Assembly: GCA_944390915.1 (NCBI GenBank)
Contig: CALXRS010000004.1
Location: forward strand, 269 to 64,268
Direction of reading: 5' to 3'
Length of the DNA: 64,000 bases
From: an uncultured Alphaproteobacteria bacterium
Lineage (GTDB): Bacteria > Pseudomonadota > Alphaproteobacteria > RF32 > CAG-239
Shown piece after piece: positions 57,160-64,000 of this stretch (the stretch's first letter is position 1; each line of letters begins with the position of its first letter). The translations under genes were made by a program, and so were the position numbers. The notes beneath the pieces are model-generated. The model was given only the letters and a program-made list of their open reading frames with translations. It was not told where the DNA came from and did no database searches.

Positions 57160-59669
57160 CAGAAGATAATGCAAAAGCAAAATTAACATTATCGGGAAAA
57201 AAGACCCTCACGCTGAAAAACGTGGGCGACACCAGACTGGCTGCCGACGGCAAAAAGATGGTGCAGGTCGAAGTGCGCAAAAAAAGAGTGATTGCTCCGA
57301 CCGCCGCCGCCAAAGAGGCTAAAATAGACGAGGCTACCGCCGCCAAGCTGAAGCTGATTGCCGATGCCAAAGAGCATGACGCCCGCCGCCGGCAGGAAGA
57401 AGAGGAAAAAGCGGCTCTCAGACAAAAACAGAAGGAAGAAGAGGAGCTGCGCCAAAAAGAACTGGCCGAGCAGAAGCAAAAAGAGGAAGAAGAGCAAAAG
57501 CGTCTGGCCAAAGAAAAAGAAGAGGAAGAAAAGAAAAAGGCGGCCGAAAAGGAAAAGAAACAGACGGAGAACCGTCCGGCGGCCGACGATCGCGTTTTTA
57601 AGGGACGGGACAAGGATCGTCGCGCCAAGGATTTTGACGACGAAGACGAAGAAGAGGACGACGGTTATTCGCGCAAAAGCCACGGCGTTGCCGAAAAGGT
57701 AAAGACCAAGGCGGAAGTTTTTGAACAGGAACGCAAAAAGATAACCAAGCGCAGCTTCGAGCCGCAGCGCCGCAATCCGAAAGTGAGCATCCATACTTTC
57801 GGCGGCGAAGATGATGACGATGATTATTTCGGTTACGGGGCGCCGCGCCGCAGATATAAAAAGAAACAGCCCAAACCGGTGCAGGTCGCGCCGCAGCCTC
57901 AGGAAAAAATCATTAAGGAAGTGATTATTCCGGAAGTGATTACCGTGCAGGAGCTGGCCAACCGTATGGCTGAAAAGAGCGCGGAAGTTATTAAAAAACT
58001 GATGTCGCTCGGGGTGATGGCCACCATCAACCAGCCGATCGATGCCGACACCGCGCAAATTATCGTCGAAGAGATGGGGCATAAATGGAAGCGGGTGGCC
58101 GACAGCGATGTCGAGATGGTCTTAAACGAAGAGGAAAGCAAGCCCGAAAATCTGCGTCCGCGCGCGCCGGTGGTTACCGTCATGGGACACGTCGACCACG
58201 GCAAAACCTCGCTTTTGGACGCCCTGCGCGAAACCAACGTGGCGGCAAAGGAAGCCGGCGGTATTACTCAACATATCGGCGCTTATCAGATTACCTTAAA
58301 AGACGGGCAGAAGATTACCTTTATCGATACGCCGGGACACGAGGCTTTTTCGGAAATGCGCGCCCGTGGCGCCAAAGTGACCGATATTGTGGTGCTGGTG
58401 GTGGCGGCCAATGACGGCATTATGCCGCAAACGGTGGAAGCCATTCGCCATGCGCAGGCGGCGGAAGTGCCGATTGTGGTGGCCATTAACAAAATCGACC
58501 TGCCCGGCGCCGATCCGATGAAAGTCAAAACCGCGCTTTTGCAACACGGAATCGCCGTGGAGGAAATGGGCGGCGAATGTCTGTGCGCCGAAGTTTCCGC
58601 CAAAAAGCGGATTAATATCGACAAGCTGGTCGAGGCCATTTTGCTGCAGGCGGAAATTCTGGATCTGAAAGCCGATCCGACCTGCAAGGCCGGCGGTACG
58701 GTCATTGAAGCCAAAATGGAAAAAGGCCGCGGCTCGGTGGCAACGCTTTTGGTGCAGAAAGGTTCTTTGAAAGTCGGTGAAATCATTATTGCCGGCAAAG
58801 AATGGGGGCATGTCCGCGCCATGTTCAACGAAAACGGACACAAGATTTTTGAAGCCGGACCGGCCACGCCGGTTGAGGTTATCGGGCTGCAGGGAACGCC
58901 GGCGGCCGGGGACAACTTCAACGTGGTGGAAAGCGAATCGCAGGCCAAGGAAATCACCAACTACCGTATCCAAAAAGAACGCGACGCCAAACTGGTCAAG
59001 AGCGCAAAGTCGGCGATGGAACAGATGCTCGACAAGATTAAGTCCGGCGAATCGAAACATCTGCCGGTGATTATCAAAGCCGACGTTCAGGGCTCGGTGG
59101 AAGCTATCGAAGGCACGTTGAACAAACTTTCCAACAACGAAGTCAGCGTGCAGATTTTGCATTCGGCCGTCGGTCCGATATCGGAATCCGATATTACTTT
59201 GGCCAAGGCTTCCAACGCGCTGATTATCGGCTTTAACGTCCGCGCCATTCCGCAGGCGCGCGATATGGCCCGCCGCGACGGTGTGGATATTCGTTATTAT
59301 TCGATTATATATGACGTGGCCGACGATGTGAAAAAAGGTCTGGAAGGTCTGCTGTCGCCGGAAATCAGGGAAAAACTGCTCGGCTACGCGGAAATTCGCA
59401 ACGTCTTTAACATTACCGGCGTTGGCAAGGTGGCCGGCTGCATGATTACCGAAGGAATGGTTCGCCGCGGCGCCAAAGTGCGCCTGTTGCGCGACAACGT
59501 GGTTATTCATGACGGCAGCCTGGGTCAGCTCAAGCGTTTCAAAGACGACGTAAAAGAGGTTAAAGAAGGCTACGAATGCGGCATGAGTTTTGAAAATTAC
59601 AACGACATTCAGGTCGGCGATTTTATCGAATGTTACGAAATCGAGACGATTGCCGCCAAGCTGGCGTAG
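57156..59669 (+). CDS. infB: Translation initiation factor IF-2
   Basis: [38 protein letters not shown]. Confidence 0.98.
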   Translation: MTEDNAKAKLTLSGKKTLTLKNVGDTRLAADGKKMVQVEVRKKRVIAPTAAAKEAKIDEATAAKLKLIADAKEHDARRRQEEEEKAALRQKQKEEEELRQKELAEQKQKEEEEQKRLAKEKEEEEKKKAAEKEKKQTENRPAADDRVFKGRDKDRRAKDFDDEDEEEDDGYSRKSHGVAEKVKTKAEVFEQERKKITKRSFEPQRRNPKVSIHTFGGEDDDDDYFGYGAPRRRYKKKQPKPVQVAPQPQEKIIKEVIIPEVITVQELANRMAEKSAEVIKKLMSLGVMATINQPIDADTAQIIVEEMGHKWKRVADSDVEMVLNEEESKPENLRPRAPVVTVMGHVDHGKTSLLDALRETNVAAKEAGGITQHIGAYQITLKDGQKITFIDTPGHEAFSEMRARGAKVTDIVVLVVAANDGIMPQTVEAIRHAQAAEVPIVVAINKIDLPGADPMKVKTALLQHGIAVEEMGGECLCAEVSAKKRINIDKLVEAILLQAEILDLKADPTCKAGGTVIEAKMEKGRGSVATLLVQKGSLKVGEIIIAGKEWGHVRAMFNENGHKIFEAGPATPVEVIGLQGTPAAGDNFNVVESESQAKEITNYRIQKERDAKLVKSAKSAMEQMLDKIKSGESKHLPVIIKADVQGSVEAIEGTLNKLSNNEVSVQILHSAVGPISESDITLAKASNALIIGFNVRAIPQARDMARRDGVDIRYYSIIYDVADDVKKGLEGLLSPEIREKLLGYAEIRNVFNITGVGKVAGCMITEGMVRRGAKVRLLRDNVVIHDGSLGQLKRFKDDVKEVKEGYECGMSFENYNDIQVGDFIECYEIETIAAKLA

Positions 59670-59752
59670 ACTTTTAGTGTTTTTAACCGGCCGAAAGTCC
59701 GTTTTTTTGAGGCGGATTTTCGGCTGTTTTTTGCAAAAGGGAAAAGAAAAAA

Positions 59753-60130
59753 ATGGCAATAAAAGAACAATCTCAGCGGCAGCTCCGCGTCGGTCAGGAA
59801 ATAAAGAAAATCATTGCCGGCGAAATCAATCAGGGCAAAGTGCGCAATCTGGAGGGCATCGATACGCTGGTAACCATCGTTGAGGCTCAGGTTTCGCCCG
59901 ATTTGAAATATGCCGACGTCTATTTTATCACCTCCAACGCCACCACCGACAAAGAGGTGCTGGAAGGTTTGAACCTTGCCGCCAACCATTTTCGCAAAGT
60001 GGTGGCCGCCAATACGGCTCTGCGCTTTGTGCCGGAAATCCGTTTTCGGATAGACGACAGTTTTGCCGCCGCCGACAAAATTGAAAAACTGCTGCACGAC
60101 CCGAAAGTGAGCCGGGACGTCAACAGCTGA
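59753..60130 (+). CDS. rbfA: Ribosome-binding factor A
   Basis: RQLRVGQEI, VSPDLKYA, LRFVPEIRF. Confidence 0.95.
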   Translation: MAIKEQSQRQLRVGQEIKKIIAGEINQGKVRNLEGIDTLVTIVEAQVSPDLKYADVYFITSNATTDKEVLEGLNLAANHFRKVVAANTALRFVPEIRFRIDDSFAAADKIEKLLHDPKVSRDVNS

Positions 60131-60144
60131 GCCGGGGTTTGCCG

Positions 60145-61056
60145 ATGAAACATCGCAGAGGAGACGACGTCAACGGCTGGCTTGTCATCGACAAGCCGGA
60201 GGGAATGGGCTCAACCGAGGTTGTCGGCCTGACCCGCCGGCTGCTCAACGCTAAAAAAAACGGTCATACGGGGACGCTGGATCCGTTTGCGTCGGGTATT
60301 TTGCCGATAGCTTTCGGCGAGGCGACGAAACTGATAGGCTTTTTGGGCGACGAGCGCAAGGAATATGAATTTACCGTTCGTTGGGGAACGGCAACCGACA
60401 GCGGCGACAGCGACGGGCAAATTGTCCAAAGCGGCGGACGGATTCCCGATGATGAGGAAATCCGCGCGGTTTTGCCGGATTTTTGCGGGCGTATCAAGCA
60501 GGTTCCGCCGGTTTTTTCGGCGCTTAAAATCAACGGCCGGCGCGCGTATGATTTGGCGCGCAAGGGCGAAACGCCGGTCATGCCGGAACGGACGGTCGAA
60601 ATCTTTTCGCTGGCGTTTACGGGCAGCAGTCCCGCGGCCGGCGAAAGCCGCTTTAAGGTTTGCTGCTCCAAAGGCACCTATGTGCGCAGTCTCGGCCGCG
60701 ACATTGCGGCAAAACTCGGCACCTGCGGGCATCTCTGCCGCCTTAGGCGGACGCGTTCGGGTGTTTTTGACGAGTCTGCAAAAATTTTGCTGGAAACTTT
60801 GCAAAATATGGTGTATGTTGCAGAACGCAGAAAACTTTTGCTTCCGTCAGAAACCTCTCTGCGCGACATCGCGGTTATGGCTGTTTCGGAAGCGGAAGCC
60901 GCCAAGCTTATCCACGGACAGGCACTGTCACCGAAAGGACGGGAATCGATGTTTCCGGCCGGTGCTCTTGTCGCCGCCGTGTGCAACGGCAAAATGACGG
61001 CTCTGTTGCGAATCGAAGAAACAAGGTTTTCGCCGGTTCGCGTGTTTAATTTGTAA
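60145..61056 (+). CDS. truB: tRNA pseudouridine(55) synthase
   Basis: [32 protein letters not shown]. Confidence 0.96.
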   Translation: MKHRRGDDVNGWLVIDKPEGMGSTEVVGLTRRLLNAKKNGHTGTLDPFASGILPIAFGEATKLIGFLGDERKEYEFTVRWGTATDSGDSDGQIVQSGGRIPDDEEIRAVLPDFCGRIKQVPPVFSALKINGRRAYDLARKGETPVMPERTVEIFSLAFTGSSPAAGESRFKVCCSKGTYVRSLGRDIAAKLGTCGHLCRLRRTRSGVFDESAKILLETLQNMVYVAERRKLLLPSETSLRDIAVMAVSEAEAAKLIHGQALSPKGRESMFPAGALVAAVCNGKMTALLRIEETRFSPVRVFNL

Positions 61057-61072
61057 TTTTGAGGAATATAAG

Positions 61073-61342
61073 ATGTCGATTACCAAAGAAGTAAAAAATG
61101 AACTGGCCAAAACATACGGCCTGAGCGAGGGCGATACCGGTTCGCCGGAAGTTCAGATTGCCATCTGGACCACCCGCATCAACAACCTGATTGAACATTT
61201 CAACGTTCACCGCAAAGATCTGCATTCCCGTCTGGGACTGATGAAAATGGTGAGCAAGCGTCGTCACCTTCTCGACTACCTGAAGAAAAAAGACGAAGGC
61301 AGATATCAGGAAATCATTAAAAAACTTAACATTCGCCGCTAA
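61073..61342 (+). CDS. rpsO: 30S ribosomal protein S15
   Basis: [21 protein letters not shown]. Confidence 0.98.
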   Translation: MSITKEVKNELAKTYGLSEGDTGSPEVQIAIWTTRINNLIEHFNVHRKDLHSRLGLMKMVSKRRHLLDYLKKKDEGRYQEIIKKLNIRR

Positions 61343-61350
61343 GTTTTTCC

Positions 61351-61393
61351 GGTATTGCGGAACCGCCATCAAAACGGGTTCCGCAATACTTTT
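61351..61393 (+). terminator. rpsO terminator
   Basis: gtattgcggaacc...ggttccgcaatac followed by T run. Confidence 0.75.
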
Positions 61394-61464
61394 ATAAAAA
61401 ATCCTGTCCCCGAGGCGGGCAGGTGATGTTTAAAGATGTAAGATGAAAAGAAAGGTAAGATAAT

Positions 61465-63588
61465 ATGAATAACTTAAAAGTATCCACCCGCGAAATGGAG
61501 TGGGGCGGACGCAAGCTGGTGCTTGAGACCGGCAAAGTTGCCAAACAGGCTACCGGCGCGGTGGTTGCCACTTACGGCGGCACCAAAGTGCTGGCTACCG
61601 TCTGCGCGGCCAAGGAAGCAAAGGCAGATCAGGACTTTTTCCCGTTAACCGTCAACTATCAGGAAAAATATTATGCCACCGGCAAGGTGCCCGGCGGTTT
61701 TATGAAACGCGAGGGCAAGCCTTCGGAACACGAAGTGCTGATTTCCCGCCTGATTGACCGGCCGATACGTCCGTTGTTTCCGGATGCTTTTAAGAACGAA
61801 GTACAGATTATCTGCACCACTCTCTGCCATGATCAGAAAACGACTTCCGACGTGGTGGCAATGATTGCCGCCTCCGCCGCGCTGGCCGTTTCCGGCATTC
61901 CGTTCATGGGGCCGATCGGCGCCGCCAAAGTGGGCTACAGGGACGGACAGTATATTTTGAACCCGACAATGGAAGAGCAAAAGGAATCCGAACTGGAACT
62001 GACTGTTGCCGGCACCAAGGAAGGCGTGTTGATGGTGGAATCGGAAGCAAACGAACTTTCCGAAGAAACAATGTTAAACGCCGTTATGTTTGGTTTTGAA
62101 AGCTTTCAGCCGGTTATCGACATGATTGTCGATCTGGCCGAAGAGGCCGGCAAAGAGCCCTGGGAAACGCCGACGTTTCCGAAAGAGTTTGACGATATGT
62201 ACGAGCGTATTGCCAAAGCTTTCCGCAGCCGTTACGAAGAAGCTTTTTGCGAAACCGACAAGCTCAAACGCGGCACGCTGGTCGGTCAGCTGGATGAAGA
62301 AGTCAAAGCCGGCATTGACCCCGAAAACGAAATTGAAAACCAGTATCTGCTCGATGTTTTGGAAAAGTTAAAACACGTTGTTGTCCGCGAAAAAGTGCTT
62401 TCGACCGGCAAACGGATTGACGGCCGCGACACCAAAACGGTGCGTCCGATTTGGTGCGAGGTCGACGTTTTGCCGACGGCGCACGGTTCGGCCATCTTTA
62501 CCCGCGGCGAAACGCAGGCGCTGGTGGTCACAACACTCGGTACCGGCGAAGATGCGCAGATCGTTGACGGTCTGATGGCCGAATACAAGGAAGACTTTAT
62601 GCTCAATTACAACTTCCCGCCGTTTTCGGTCGGCGAATGCGGTCGCTTGGGCAGCCCAGGGCGTCGTGAAATCGGTCACGGCAAACTGGCCTGGCGCGCC
62701 ATCCATCCGATGATGCCCAAAGACAAAGACGCTTTTCCGTATACCGTCCGCGTTGTTTCCGAAATTCTCGAATCGAACGGTTCGTCGTCGATGGCGACCG
62801 TTTGCGGAACCACCATGTCGCTGATGGCGGCCGGCGTTCCCCTGCAAAAACCGGTGGCGGGTATTGCCATGGGGCTGATTAAGGAAGATGACGGCCGGGT
62901 TGCCGTGCTGACGGATATTCTGGGTGACGAAGATCATCTGGGCGATATGGACTTCAAAGTGGCCGGCACCAAAGACGGCGTAACCGCTTTGCAGATGGAT
63001 ATTAAGATTACTTCCATCACCAAAGAGATTATGCAGACCGCATTGGCGCAGGCGCATGAAGGTCGCATCCACATTCTGGGCGAAATGGCCAAAACCATTG
63101 CCGAGCCGCGCCCGCACGTGGCTGAACACGCGCCGCGGATTATTGCCCTGAAGATACCGGTGGATAAAATCCGCGAGGTTATCGGTTCGGGCGGCAAGGT
63201 TATCCGCGAGATTACCGAAAAGACGAATTCCAAGATTGACATCAGCGATGACGGCGTTATCCGTATTGCCACCGTTAACAGTGCCGACGGTCAGGCTGCT
63301 CTCGACTGGATTATGAGCATTGTCGCCGAGCCCGAAGAAGGCAAAATTTATCACGGCGTGATTACCAAAATCATGGATTTCGGCGCGTTTGTGAAGTTTG
63401 TCGGCTCCACTGAAGGGCTGGTGCATATTTCCGAAGTCAAAAACGAGCGCATTGCTTCCGTTTCCGACTTTTACAAGGAAGGCGACAGCATCTGGGTCAA
63501 ATGCTTAGGCATGGACAACCGCGGCAAATACAAGCTTTCCGCCAAACGGGTCAATCAGGAAACCGGCGAAGACCTGGAAAACAAATAG
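61465..63588 (+). CDS. pnp: Polyribonucleotide nucleotidyltransferase
   Basis: [46 protein letters not shown]; KH and S1 domains. Confidence 0.98.
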   Translation: MNNLKVSTREMEWGGRKLVLETGKVAKQATGAVVATYGGTKVLATVCAAKEAKADQDFFPLTVNYQEKYYATGKVPGGFMKREGKPSEHEVLISRLIDRPIRPLFPDAFKNEVQIICTTLCHDQKTTSDVVAMIAASAALAVSGIPFMGPIGAAKVGYRDGQYILNPTMEEQKESELELTVAGTKEGVLMVESEANELSEETMLNAVMFGFESFQPVIDMIVDLAEEAGKEPWETPTFPKEFDDMYERIAKAFRSRYEEAFCETDKLKRGTLVGQLDEEVKAGIDPENEIENQYLLDVLEKLKHVVVREKVLSTGKRIDGRDTKTVRPIWCEVDVLPTAHGSAIFTRGETQALVVTTLGTGEDAQIVDGLMAEYKEDFMLNYNFPPFSVGECGRLGSPGRREIGHGKLAWRAIHPMMPKDKDAFPYTVRVVSEILESNGSSSMATVCGTTMSLMAAGVPLQKPVAGIAMGLIKEDDGRVAVLTDILGDEDHLGDMDFKVAGTKDGVTALQMDIKITSITKEIMQTALAQAHEGRIHILGEMAKTIAEPRPHVAEHAPRIIALKIPVDKIREVIGSGGKVIREITEKTNSKIDISDDGVIRIATVNSADGQAALDWIMSIVAEPEEGKIYHGVITKIMDFGAFVKFVGSTEGLVHISEVKNERIASVSDFYKEGDSIWVKCLGMDNRGKYKLSAKRVNQETGEDLENK

Positions 63589-63610
63589 TTTTTCGCCGGA
63601 AACTGCTTAC

Positions 63611-63643
63611 GCAAAAGCCGCCTTGCAAAGGGCGGCTTTTTGC
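63611..63643. terminator. Bidirectional terminator
   Basis: gcaaaagccgcctt-gcaa-agggcggctttttgc. Confidence 0.8.
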
Positions 63644-63646
63644 TGT

Positions 63647-63940
63647 TCAGAAATCAAATCCCAAATACGGCTGCAGGAATTTTCCGCTTTCTTCCGGATA
63701 AAGCTGCATAAACAAGAGAGCTGCTGACGAAAAAACGATAACGGCATAACAAAACGGCTTCCAAAACCGGCTGTTTTTATAACCGACCAAATAAATGTCG
63801 AGCAGGAATAGGACAATATAAAAGAAAATATCCCAAAACCAAAAATTGAAATCCGGTATGATAAAAACAATGCGGACAAAAGCGGCGGTCAACAACAGGG
63901 CGGCAAGGGCACCCAAAAGAGGCAGTTTTTCCCAGCTCAT
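63647..63940 (-). CDS. Small hypothetical membrane protein (3 TM)
   Basis: 97 aa, RBS aaggag upstream, three hydrophobic segments. Confidence 0.7.
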   Translation of the reverse strand: MSWEKLPLLGALAALLLTAAFVRIVFIIPDFNFWFWDIFFYIVLFLLDIYLVGYKNSRFWKPFCYAVIVFSSAALLFMQLYPEESGKFLQPYLGFDF

Positions 63941-64000
63941 GTTTTTCTCCTTTCTTAAACGGGATATAGAAAAATCAGAGATTTAATTTCGGAAGAGAAA

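Noticed and set aside
57380-57670. A/G-rich low-complexity tract
   Set aside because: Encodes the ordinary Glu/Lys-rich IF-2 N-terminal linker

Overview
Mostly core chromosome of an anaerobic, probably host- or gut-associated Alphaproteobacterium. The assignment is inferred from gene orders addB-addA-trxA, rph-rdgB, leuS-lptE-holA and rimP-nusA-ylxR-infB-rbfA-truB-rpsO-pnp, together with an [FeFe]-hydrogenase. Housekeeping genes (typA, htpG, grpE, dnaJ, dnaB, metG, rsmB) are interspersed with lineage-specific orphans. No integrase, transposase, CRISPR array or rRNA was seen. Best leads: (1) a four-gene Cys-rich operon (membrane CxxC protein, unknown helical protein ending CCIE, thioredoxin-like lipoprotein, tandem double-ArsR regulator) with a double ArsR-like operator, a candidate undescribed thiol-redox or metal system; (2) a trimeric HydABC [FeFe]-hydrogenase whose HydB keeps bifurcating-type flavin-site motifs but lacks the C-terminal ferredoxin arm, plus a separate FdxA-type ferredoxin with two CxxCxxC motifs; (3) 205-bp tandem repeats downstream of tRNA-Gly carrying a T-loop-split copy of the tRNA 3' end; (4) a ~210-nt putatively structured RNA leader with an operator in front of an SPFH gene; (5) a CLec/DUF1566-like orphan and two apparent pseudoenzymes (MraY-like, HAD-like). 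All family calls come from motif recognition by eye; no database searches were run.
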